From positions 35,752-99,751 of the forward strand of contig DAIDHK010000002.1 in the NCBI GenBank assembly GCA_027459725.1: a stretch of 64,000 nucleotides of DNA, written 5' to 3'. Positions 30,063 through 39,133 of this stretch are shown here, piece after piece. Under the pieces are notes generated by a model. It did no database searches and had not been told where the DNA came from. It saw only the letters and a list, made by a program, of their open reading frames with translations. Source of the DNA: Candidatus Levyibacteriota bacterium. Lineage in GTDB: Bacteria > Patescibacteriota > Microgenomatia > Levybacterales > UBA12049. The position numbers were made by a program, and so were the translations under genes. Every line of letters begins with the position of its first letter. The first letter of the stretch is position 1.

Positions 30063-30989
30063 ATGAGCTGGAACGAAGTTTTAAATGATTTTATTTTACA
30101 AGCACAACAAAATAACCTAAAAACTTCAACGTATCCAAAAGAGTGGGATAGCTTAAGATTGAGAATATCTTTTGGTATGGGAGCACCTGCAAGAATTCCT
30201 TGGGTTGCATTTGTAGCTCCTGATATGGAAGTTAGTAAAGGATTTTATCCGGTTTATTTGTATTATAAAGACTCAAATACCCTAATACTCTCGTACGGCA
30301 TAAGCGAAACAGAGGAATTTGGGAAATCTTGGCCTTCGGAAATAATGAGCTCCGCACAAACTATAACAGCTTATTTTGATAAAAAAGTTGCCAGATACGG
30401 AGACTCATTTGTTTTTAAAGCTTATAAAGTAAATGTTAAGGGAAATAAGGTTGAACTTGCTTATCCGGAAAGTAAAAAAGTTGCAAGTTCACAAGATATT
30501 GAATCAGATTTAGATACTCTTTTAGATTATTACAAAAATGCAGTTAACCTTAGTTCAAGTAGAATATCTCCTGAACTAAGTCAGGGTTTATTTTATATGG
30601 AAAAGCAATTAGAGGATTTTCTGATTGCTAACTGGCCACATACTGAACTTGGAAAGAAATTAGATTTAATAATTGAAGAAGGAGAATTATTAAGCCAACA
30701 ATATAAAACTGATTTAGGACCAATTGATATTTTAGCAAAGGATAAAAAAACCGGAAGTTATGTTGTAATTGAGCTTAAAAAGAACCAAACCAGTGATGAC
30801 ACCATTGGACAATTAGCTCGATATATGGGTTGGATAAGACTTAATAAGAAAGATGATAAAGTAAGAGGCATTATTATCGCCGGTCAATATGACAAAAAAT
30901 TAGATTATGCTTTAAAAATGGTTCCCAATACAGAGGTGTTTATTTATGAGGTTGATTTTAAATTAAACTCTTTTGAAAGAGTGTCATAA
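30063..30989 (+). CDS. McrB N-terminal (DUF3578-like) DNA-binding domain fused to a NucS/EndoMS-like PD-(D/E)xK nuclease
   Basis: SFGMG..IPWVAF..GFYPVYLYYKD..LILSYGISET..YGDSF matches McrB-N. EKQLEDFL..QY.T..GPIDILA..VVIELK..DDTIGQLARYMGW..VRGIIIA matches a NucS-type nuclease. Confidence 0.85.
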   Translation: MSWNEVLNDFILQAQQNNLKTSTYPKEWDSLRLRISFGMGAPARIPWVAFVAPDMEVSKGFYPVYLYYKDSNTLILSYGISETEEFGKSWPSEIMSSAQTITAYFDKKVARYGDSFVFKAYKVNVKGNKVELAYPESKKVASSQDIESDLDTLLDYYKNAVNLSSSRISPELSQGLFYMEKQLEDFLIANWPHTELGKKLDLIIEEGELLSQQYKTDLGPIDILAKDKKTGSYVVIELKKNQTSDDTIGQLARYMGWIRLNKKDDKVRGIIIAGQYDKKLDYALKMVPNTEVFIYEVDFKLNSFERVS

Positions 30990-31227
30990 AAAAACGCTTT
31001 ATGTCGCACAATCAATGTAGTGCGACGCGAATTTGAGACTAGAGAGAAATTGTAAAAATAAGTTTGAGGCTAATTAACTTACTATGAGTTATAGATTTTA
31101 ATGTTGTTTCTTTTACCAAGATTCTTGTAATTCGCCAACTATTTACGAATTATGGAATATATGCCAGAATCTGAACAGGAAATATATTCCAGACTTAGCT
31201 TCAGCTTTGAAGCTAGATAGATGAATT

Positions 31228-31605
31228 ATGGAAGAACTAATACTTAAAGCTGGAACATTAGGATTTAGTGTATTAGTTTATTCGAATAGGATTGAATATA
31301 AGCCTATTTTTGGCAAAAATATTATTCCTCTTAACAAAATAAACGATATTGAAACTCCTCCAGTTTGGGGCACAAGCTGGGTAAACATAGTCTTAAATAG
31401 CGGAGAGAAAATTCAGCTTACAGTAGGCACGAATAATGTTAAGAAATTTGTTAGTGTCGTCTCTGGACTATTAGAACAAAACAGCAACCCCAAAGCCCCT
31501 ACAAACACCCTAGATGACCTTGAAAAACTGTCTAAGTTGAAAGATAAGGGAATTATTACTCAAAAAGAATTTGATAAGAAGAAAAAACAACTTCTAAACC
31601 TCTAA
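31228..31605 (+). CDS. PH-like domain plus SHOCT domain protein
   Basis: C-terminal DDLEKLSKLKDKGIITQKEFDKKKKQLL (SHOCT consensus). Confidence 0.85.
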   Translation: MEELILKAGTLGFSVLVYSNRIEYKPIFGKNIIPLNKINDIETPPVWGTSWVNIVLNSGEKIQLTVGTNNVKKFVSVVSGLLEQNSNPKAPTNTLDDLEKLSKLKDKGIITQKEFDKKKKQLLNL

Positions 31606-31653
31606 TTCCAGATTTTGTCCGACGCTAAAATCGACTCGCGATATAATTGTATT

Positions 31654-31960
31654 ATGGATACGAACACAGTTGGCAAACCAGCGCTAACTCAGGAACAAAT
31701 TGATGAAGTATTCCGCAAAATAGAACCTTATCTTAAAACCGGAGTAAGTCTTAATAAAGCTTGTCTTTCTGCTGGAATTGCAAAATCAACGGCTTACGAT
31801 TTATATAGAGAAAATGAGTCATTTGCGGAAAAAGTTGATACAGCTAGAAACTATTGCTCAATTCTTGCAAATAGCGTATTTTTAAAGTCTCTTGAGAGAA
31901 TAAATTCAATTGCCGGAACAAGAGAATTAACAGATGGAGAGCTAAAACTACTTGAATGGC
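31654..31960 (+). pseudogene. Phage terminase small subunit-like HTH protein, C-terminally disrupted by IS sequence
   Basis: KIEPYLKTGVSLNKACLSAGIAKSTAYDLY..FAEKV; TATAAT-6-ATG start; after LEW the frame runs into antisense IS481 DNA. Confidence 0.5.
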
Positions 31961-32460
31961 TGATTGCCCTACCAATATTCCTTCACGTTTCAACTCCTCC
32001 TGAATCTCATACTTTGACTTCTCAAGATCAGATACTCGTATATCATAAACTCTTTGTTGTATCCACTTAGGTGTCGTCATCTCTCGCACTTTATGTGGCC
32101 TTCGTGTGTGTTTATCATCCTCCAATGTCTGAAGATTCCGTGGATTGTATCTCTTCTTCCAGCGATAAAATACACTTTTTGATATTCCAAAATGTCGACA
32201 CGTTCCCTCTGCATTTTTATCATGACTGAAATACCAATCAATCCAGAGCAAACGTCTCTGTGCATCTTTAGAAAGCTGTGCCGCTTGAATAACTGGGACT
32301 GGTAATATGTTGTAGTGACGCATAACTGCGTCATTGTATCGTTTGGACAATTTACTCTCAACCGTTCTTTATCTATCCCAACCTAGACAAATAGAAGCTT
32401 GGATTTCTCTAAGCCTCTATTCAACTTCCCCAGTGTTCCCCTAATGGTTTCTCGCTGCCA
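31952..32460 (-). mobile_element. IS481-family insertion sequence fragment (left end and N-terminal HTH only; DDE domain missing)
   Basis: RLLWIDWY..TCRHFGISKSVFYRWKKRY..LED..RRPH..TP; begins just downstream of the ftsZ terminator; hairpin with GAAA loop at 32390-32421. Confidence 0.75.
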
Positions 32461-32490
32461 ATAAAAAAACACCTTTTTACAGGTGTTTCG
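32461..32490 (-). terminator. Rho-independent terminator of ftsZ
   Basis: AAACACCT-GTAAAA-AGGTGTTT followed by a T run on the minus strand. Confidence 0.75.
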
Positions 32491-32511
32491 CGTAAATCGT
32501 AGCTAATTAGA

Positions 32512-33744
32512 CTAGTTTTTTTGTCTTAGAAATGCAGGGATGTCCCAGGCATCTTCATCAGAAGCTTCTTCTGATCCATTCTGCTTAGGAGTTGTTGCTT
32601 GATTGTTATTACCATTATTATTCATTGCATTCCCATTATTCAAGAATGGGTTAGGTAACGTTTGGTTATTGTTTGTATTTTGAGAAGAAGCTGAATTATT
32701 ATTTTGTTGAGACTGAGGAGCCGACTGGGCTTTTTCTTCAGTTATCCAACGATTAGCTGGAGGCACCATAAATTGCTGTAAATGCTGTTTGGAGTTATCA
32801 AAACCCGTTGCTACTACAGTGATACGCATAGAACTATTCATCGTCTCATCGATAGTAGCACCAAAAATAATATTGGCATCTGGATCAGCAGAACTAGCAA
32901 TAATTTTAGCCGCTTCATCTACTTCTGTCATTGTTAAGTCACTACCACCTACGATATTAAATAATACCCCTCGCGCTCCCTCCATAGAAATCTCTAAAAG
33001 AGGTGAGGCAATAGCAGCACGTGCAGCTGCTTGAGCACGATTCTCACCATCAGCTATACCAATACCCATGAGAGTAGAGCCTGCGTTAGCCATAATAGCT
33101 TTCACATCGGCAAAATCAACATTAATCAAACCGGGAAGTGTAATAATCTCTGAAATACCCTGTACACCTTGATTCAAAACAGAATCAGCTACTTTAAAAG
33201 CCTCTAACAATGATAATTTTCGATCAACTACATCCAGTATTCGCTGATTAGGAATCACAATTAATGTATCAACTTTATCTTTAATATTTTCAATTCCTTC
33301 TTCTGCAGCGACCATACGACGTGTACCTTCAAATGAAAACGGCTTGGTTACTACGGCCACGGTTAGCGCTCCTACCTCTTTAGCTATTTGGGCGACTACT
33401 GGGGCAGCCCCTGTTCCTGTTCCTCCACCCATCCCGGCTGTGATAAAAACCATATCAGATCCTTGTAAGGTTTGTTTAATTTTTTCTGCTGACTCTTCAG
33501 CAGCTTGACGTCCAGTTTCTGGATCTCCCCCTGAACCTAATCCCTTGGTATATTGTTCTCCTATTTGAATTTTGGTTTCAGAATTATTACGCAATAATGC
33601 CTGGGCATCTGTATTCATTGCCACGAAATCAACTCCTTGAATATTTCCGTTGGCAATCATTGAGTTGACAGCATTTCCACCACCACCACCTACTCCTATA
33701 ACTCTGATTTTGGCGAAATTTGAAGTTTGAGGTCGTATCAGCAT
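32512..33744 (-). CDS. ftsZ: Cell division protein FtsZ
   Basis: [27 protein letters not shown]-terminal DIPAFLR. Confidence 0.98.
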   Translation of the reverse strand: MLIRPQTSNFAKIRVIGVGGGGGNAVNSMIANGNIQGVDFVAMNTDAQALLRNNSETKIQIGEQYTKGLGSGGDPETGRQAAEESAEKIKQTLQGSDMVFITAGMGGGTGTGAAPVVAQIAKEVGALTVAVVTKPFSFEGTRRMVAAEEGIENIKDKVDTLIVIPNQRILDVVDRKLSLLEAFKVADSVLNQGVQGISEIITLPGLINVDFADVKAIMANAGSTLMGIGIADGENRAQAAARAAIASPLLEISMEGARGVLFNIVGGSDLTMTEVDEAAKIIASSADPDANIIFGATIDETMNSSMRITVVATGFDNSKQHLQQFMVPPANRWITEEKAQSAPQSQQNNNSASSQNTNNNQTLPNPFLNNGNAMNNNGNNNQATTPKQNGSEEASDEDAWDIPAFLRQKN

Positions 33745-33885
33745 GTTGCACAAATCCTAGCAGATAGAAAGTCCAATTGCAAGCGAAGTAAAACCAACCT
33801 CCGAACAAATGATAAACATAAAAAGAGATCTAACTAGAAGTTGTACTTATTATAAGTTTACCATTAGAACTATGCAACTTTAATT

Positions 33886-35190
33886 TTATGGCATGAATGA
33901 TTTAATTAAGGAAAAGATCTTTTTAACTAATTTCTTACTTCCACCTAATGACAGGCCCATCTTAAAGTTACCAAGATTTAGACTCTTGCCACCTGTGCTC
34001 TCTCCTCCAGTTGTCGATAAAGTCAAACCAATCACACTAGCAAAAGCAGGACTCTGCACTTCATCAATGATACCTTTAATATTATTAGGACCTCCCGTTC
34101 TTACTGGCATCGCCAATACACGTTTAGCTGATTCTTTTACGCCTACTGTCAATGCACCCCCACCTGTAATTACGATTCCAGCCGGAGTCTGTCCACCAAA
34201 ACCACTCTTTTTAATTTCAAGCCCTATCATAGTAAAAATTTCATTCAAACGAGGACGAATGATTCCTTCTATTAAAGTTTTTTGTGACACCATGCGCAAT
34301 TCTTCCGGCAAATTCAAACTGGACAAGTCGATTTCATCTGATGGTCTTTCTCTCCTTTTACCCTCAACAGCCACTTCTTCCACTTGTACTTGTCTGGCGC
34401 GCTTATTAGCCAAATGAGTAAGATATAGTTTGATTTTTTCTGCACTTTCCAATGAAATACGCAAACCAATTGCTAAATCATTAGTAATATGCCTTGCTCC
34501 AATTGCCAACACAGAAGAGTAAGAAATAGATCCTTCTGTATAGATAGAAATATCTGTAGTTGCAGCACCGATATCAACCAGAATAACACCCAATTCTTTT
34601 TCTGTATCAGTCAGAACCGACTGAGAACTAGAATATCCATTAAAAACAAAATTTGTCACATCAACACCTACTTCTGAGAAGGCCTTTTCCAGATTACGTA
34701 CAGAAATACTATTAGCAGATATAATATGCGTGTCAACTTCTAGGCGAACACCGGACATGCCAATAGGATCTTTAATCCCCTCTTGACCATCTACAATATA
34801 GTTACGAGGTAAAACATGAATAATTTCACGAGTAGAAGGCATAGAGATAGCTCGTGCAGCATCAATAACTCTAGCTAAGTCGTTTTCAGTAATCTCACCA
34901 TTTTGATTTGCCACCGCAACTACACCCCGAGAATTCTGCGATTCAATCTGACTTCCTCCAATAGAAACTACTACATGAGATGCCGAATATCCAGCCATTC
35001 TCTCCGCAGCTTCTAAAGATGTATTGATAGCATTTACTGCATCTTCAATATCCACTATTTGCCCTTTTCGTATTCCTGCAGATTTGACTTCAGATACTCC
35101 TAAAACATTTATTGATTCATCAACTCTTACGATTACACTAACAATCTTATAGCTTCCTACATCTATAGCAACAACAATTTTACCTTCCAT
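33886..35190 (-). CDS. ftsA: Cell division protein FtsA
   Basis: IDVGSYK, GIRKGQIVDI, DPIGMSGVRLE, DIGAATTD, GIVITGGGA. Confidence 0.96.
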   Translation of the reverse strand: MEGKIVVAIDVGSYKIVSVIVRVDESINVLGVSEVKSAGIRKGQIVDIEDAVNAINTSLEAAERMAGYSASHVVVSIGGSQIESQNSRGVVAVANQNGEITENDLARVIDAARAISMPSTREIIHVLPRNYIVDGQEGIKDPIGMSGVRLEVDTHIISANSISVRNLEKAFSEVGVDVTNFVFNGYSSSQSVLTDTEKELGVILVDIGAATTDISIYTEGSISYSSVLAIGARHITNDLAIGLRISLESAEKIKLYLTHLANKRARQVQVEEVAVEGKRRERPSDEIDLSSLNLPEELRMVSQKTLIEGIIRPRLNEIFTMIGLEIKKSGFGGQTPAGIVITGGGALTVGVKESAKRVLAMPVRTGGPNNIKGIIDEVQSPAFASVIGLTLSTTGGESTGGKSLNLGNFKMGLSLGGSKKLVKKIFSLIKSFMP

Positions 35191-35213
35191 AATTCTTTAA
35201 AAAAATATAATTA

Positions 35214-35666
35214 TCAAAATAATATCACAGGTTTCTCATCGCGCAAATCGAGGCGAGAAAACCTCTTCCCTTCCATTGTAAGACGTGACGTTATAAGTTG
35301 TAAAGAGGCTATTTGCATAGACAGGTCAGTTTGCGGGTCAATCACTACTTTTTCATCTCCATCTATTGTAATAATATAAGTCGCATCATCAACTTTATTA
35401 ATACTATCATAATTTATCTTATTTTGGTTAAGTAAATTCTCAATTTCAGACTGTACATCAATTACAGAAGGAGTTTTATTACTGGCCAAATTAACTTTCA
35501 ACATGGACATAGGAGAAATGTAGGGGCTTTTATGTAAAAATAAGTAAACGCTCCCACAAAAGGACGTAACAATCACTAATACACCCAATGAACATGAGAA
35601 AAAAAATAATCGTTTATTACGCGATTCAATTTTTCGATTTTTGACTGGCTTTTTTTTCATATACAC
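35214..35666 (-). CDS. Reduced FtsQ/DivIB-like bitopic membrane protein
   Basis: Position between murG and ftsA; single TM; C-terminal LDLRDEKPVI. Confidence 0.6.
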   Translation of the reverse strand: MYMKKKPVKNRKIESRNKRLFFFSCSLGVLVIVTSFCGSVYLFLHKSPYISPMSMLKVNLASNKTPSVIDVQSEIENLLNQNKINYDSINKVDDATYIITIDGDEKVVIDPQTDLSMQIASLQLITSRLTMEGKRFSRLDLRDEKPVILF

Positions 35667-36759
35667 TCTTAACTATCTCATACATTTTTTTGCTAGCATT
35701 AAGATGAAGATCTAAATTTACATTTTTTATCTTAAAAGATGCTAAATTCTCCATGATCTTTTCTATTAGAGAAACAAAAACATCCTTAGTAGCTTCATCT
35801 TGAAGGAGTATCTGAGCTAATCCAACGTTTTTCAGATAAATGGCATTTTCTAATTGTTCTCCATGCTGACCGTTTTCTAAAGGAATTAGTAAGCAGGGTT
35901 TATTCAGTAACAATAACTCAGTCATGGTATTTCCACCACAACGACCAATGATTAAGTCACTACGTATATAAACATCTGCAATTTTCTCAGGCTTAATGAA
36001 CTCATATAACTCATAATTTTTAGCTAAATCTTTAGAAAATTTGCTTTTAATTTCTGTTAATCTTTCAAAATCTTTGAATTGCTGATTGTTACCTGTCTGA
36101 TGAATAACTATATACTTTTTAAGTAATTCTTCTAAACTATTTTCAATTATCAAATTAATTGCGTGTGAACCGGAGCTTCCTCCTGTAACATATATGACCT
36201 TTTTGCCAATATGTTTTTTCTGACTTTTATAAACTGTATCGAACATATTTATAATTTCATTTCTTATTAAATTACCCGTTAGAATACTTCTTTTTTTAGG
36301 AAAATATTTAAACGAAGAGTCCCATGAAAGACAAATTTTTTCCGCAAAGCGACTAATCAGTTTATTTGCCATACCCGCCTTAGTTGTCTGTTCATGTATA
36401 ACTACGGGAATTCTTAAGGATCTTGCTGCTAAACATACTGGAACAGATAAGTACCCACCAAAACCCACCACAACCGATGGTCTATAACGCATTAAGATAC
36501 TTAATGCCTGTAAATATCCATAAGGGAATTTGCTAGCAGAAGAAAATGTATGACGAGTAAATCTTCTTTGCAATCTGCCGGTTGTTAGAGAAAAAAATCT
36601 GATCCTTTCCTGTTGCATAGTTGTATATTCCAGAGATAATGACTTATCTCCTTCAAAAGTGTATTTTTTACCTATGAAGATTATTTCATCTTTAGGAGAG
36701 ATTTGCTGCAAAAACGCCAAAGCTGGCGATAAGTGACCACCGATTATAGCTATTTTCAT
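35626..36759 (-). CDS. murG: MurG UDP-GlcNAc:lipid I transferase
   Basis: GGHLSPA, GFGGYLSVP, HEQ, TGGSSGS, HQTG, EQLENA. Confidence 0.95.
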   Translation of the reverse strand: MKIAIIGGHLSPALAFLQQISPKDEIIFIGKKYTFEGDKSLSLEYTTMQQERIRFFSLTTGRLQRRFTRHTFSSASKFPYGYLQALSILMRYRPSVVVGFGGYLSVPVCLAARSLRIPVVIHEQTTKAGMANKLISRFAEKICLSWDSSFKYFPKKRSILTGNLIRNEIINMFDTVYKSQKKHIGKKVIYVTGGSSGSHAINLIIENSLEELLKKYIVIHQTGNNQQFKDFERLTEIKSKFSKDLAKNYELYEFIKPEKIADVYIRSDLIIGRCGGNTMTELLLLNKPCLLIPLENGQHGEQLENAIYLKNVGLAQILLQDEATKDVFVSLIEKIMENLASFKIKNVNLDLHLNASKKMYEIVKSVYEKKASQKSKN

Positions 36760-36786
36760 AGATATGTTAAATATTATAAACTACTT

Positions 36787-37863
36787 TCATCTCTTTTCTA
36801 CACTTGAAGAGATGTTAAGCAGTATACCAATTGCCACTAAATCTACTACTAAAGCTGATCCTCCATATGAGACAAAGGGCAATGGAACGCCAGTTAAGGG
36901 CAGTAAAGCTGTCATGGATGCCATATTAATCAACACCTGAATTCCAATAAAGACTGTTATACCCGCTGCTAATAACTTACCAAATGGATCCTTAGCTTTA
37001 CCAGCGATCATAAATCCTCTCCAAATAAAAACGACATAAACCAAAATTAAAACAAAGCATCCTAAATAGCCCAATTCTTCAGCGATAATAGCAAAGATTG
37101 AGTCTGTAACATTTTCAGGCAAATAAGCATATTTTTGTAGAGAATTACCCAGTCCCAAGCCAAAAATACCACCTGACCCGAATGCAATTAATATCTGTTT
37201 CATATGATAAGAAGCTGATGAGATTGAATTATCTACTGATAGAAATGATGTCAAACGTGCAGCCCGGTAAGGAGCAATTTTTATTAAGAGAAAACCTACA
37301 ACCGCAAGAATCGGTGCCACTACATAAAAATATTTTACATCCCCTCCCGATAAAACATATATTGTCATTGCCTCTGCAAAAATAATCATGCCAGTTCCCA
37401 TATCAGGTTGTAACATGATTAACAACATAACAAAGCCAATTAATAAACTGAATGCCAGAAATCTTCCTTTTTCTTTCTGAGAAAACCATGCCGCTAAATA
37501 AATAGCCAATGAAAGCTTAACGAATTCAGTGGGCTGAAAAACAAATATATGAAGATTTATCCAGCGGCTAGCTCCTAATTCATTTATACCTACCCCAGGA
37601 ATAAACACCAAAATTAACATCAAGATTGAAGCCACAAGAAGAATAGGAGAAAAATTAAAAAAGAACTTATAGTTAATTTTAGTAAAAATAAACAACAAAA
37701 TTATTCCCATCAAAGCCCATATTAATTGTTCACGGATATAATGGAATGAATCACCGTGAAAATCTCTAAAAGCAATAACTGACGAGGCATCATAAATCAT
37801 CAACAAACCGAAAAGAGTTAAGCCTATTGTTATTAGCAGCAAGAATGAATCAATTTTTTTCAT
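36787..37863 (-). CDS. ftsW: FtsW SEDS peptidoglycan glycosyltransferase
   Basis: GASRWI, FQPTEFVK, QPDMGT, YLPENVTDSIFAIIAEELG, PLTGVPLPFVSYGGS. Confidence 0.95.
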   Translation of the reverse strand: MKKIDSFLLLITIGLTLFGLLMIYDASSVIAFRDFHGDSFHYIREQLIWALMGIILLFIFTKINYKFFFNFSPILLVASILMLILVFIPGVGINELGASRWINLHIFVFQPTEFVKLSLAIYLAAWFSQKEKGRFLAFSLLIGFVMLLIMLQPDMGTGMIIFAEAMTIYVLSGGDVKYFYVVAPILAVVGFLLIKIAPYRAARLTSFLSVDNSISSASYHMKQILIAFGSGGIFGLGLGNSLQKYAYLPENVTDSIFAIIAEELGYLGCFVLILVYVVFIWRGFMIAGKAKDPFGKLLAAGITVFIGIQVLINMASMTALLPLTGVPLPFVSYGGSALVVDLVAIGILLNISSSVEKR

Positions 37864-37918
37864 CTTTATCCATTATAAAGAGGATCGAAGCCAGCAACAA
37901 GTGTGAAGAAAGTTTATA

Positions 37919-38938
37919 CTAAGGCTGTCCAATAAAAGCAATATATAGACCTAAAATGGCAAAAAATATTCCTACCAGCCATACCCGCATAACAATTTTG
38001 GGTTCTTCCCATCCCTTTTTTAGCAACCACAAATGTAATGGAGCAGCTGGAAAAACCTTTCTCCCCCAATATTTTTTACTTAATACCTGAATTAAAGAAG
38101 AGGCAATTTCAATAACAAATACTCCACCAATAACCATCAAGGCTAATGTTTTTCCGCTAAGCAGACCTATAACAGCTAGTGACGCACCCAAAGATAAAGA
38201 ACCAACATCACCCAACCAAATTCTTGCTTTGAAAATATTGAAATATAGAAAAGCCATCGTCGAACCAATCAAGACTGCTATAAATATACCCAGCGGTTGA
38301 TCAACTTGCTGCATACTAATGGTCAAAAAAGCCAACAAACAAATCAACAATAATCCTGGAGCCAAACCATCCAAACCATCGGTAACATTAAAAGCATTAG
38401 CAAAAGAAACAATAATAAGAGCAGCAAAAGGAATAAAGAAGAACTCTAATCGTAGTGTACCGAATCCATGAATAAAAATGAAAGCATACTTAAGCTGAGT
38501 ATAAAATATGGTGGCAATAATCAATGCTAAAATCCATTGAATGATAAACTTATGACGAAAACGCAGTCCCCAAAAGGCATTCTTACTATCTACATTGACC
38601 AGTTTTTTCATATCGTCATACAATCCCAATAAACCAAAGCTTATCAGCGTGAAGAAAATTACAAATGCTTCCCAGGGATTGACCTGTATCCCCAAGATTC
38701 CATATGCCCATAGAGTGATAATGGACACTATTAAAATTATTAGAATTCCTCCACCAAAAGGAGTACCCACTTTCCAAGAATTATATTTGTCAAAAATAGG
38801 GGTATGATGATTAAACATGTCCCTCGTAACCTGTTTTTGTCTTTGCAATTTAATACGATACAAGAAGTCGATAAAAGGAACGATCAAAATGGCAGAAATT
38901 ACAAGTGAAAGTAAAATGAGTCCCAAAAATTGTGCCAT
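37919..38938 (-). CDS. mraY: Phospho-N-acetylmuramoyl-pentapeptide transferase
   Basis: GTPFGGG, GLYDD, NAFNVTDGLDGL, GDVGSL, APLH, GWEEPKIV. Confidence 0.95.
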   Translation of the reverse strand: MAQFLGLILLSLVISAILIVPFIDFLYRIKLQRQKQVTRDMFNHHTPIFDKYNSWKVGTPFGGGILIILIVSIITLWAYGILGIQVNPWEAFVIFFTLISFGLLGLYDDMKKLVNVDSKNAFWGLRFRHKFIIQWILALIIATIFYTQLKYAFIFIHGFGTLRLEFFFIPFAALIIVSFANAFNVTDGLDGLAPGLLLICLLAFLTISMQQVDQPLGIFIAVLIGSTMAFLYFNIFKARIWLGDVGSLSLGASLAVIGLLSGKTLALMVIGGVFVIEIASSLIQVLSKKYWGRKVFPAAPLHLWLLKKGWEEPKIVMRVWLVGIFFAILGLYIAFIGQP

Positions 38939-39133
38939 AGTATTGCCTAACTTTCTAATTATACACTCGCTACTATCATAAAACAACTAATCTATGGCTA
39001 TCTTCAGATCAAATTTTCTCAAAAAATACATTACAGGGGGTATATTTTATGACTTATTATCTCGTGAAATTATATTATTATCACATTTAGAATTAAAAAT
39101 TTCATCCTTCTTGTTCTTTTATCAAAATAAACA

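Noticed and set aside
32077-32361. 94-aa ORF overlapping the IS fragment, as a possible programmed-frameshift partner
   Set aside because: It is an alternative frame over the HTH region with no transposase motifs; IS481 transposases are single-ORF
33893-34417. 174-aa plus-strand ORF
   Set aside because: It lies entirely antisense to ftsA and has no independent motif
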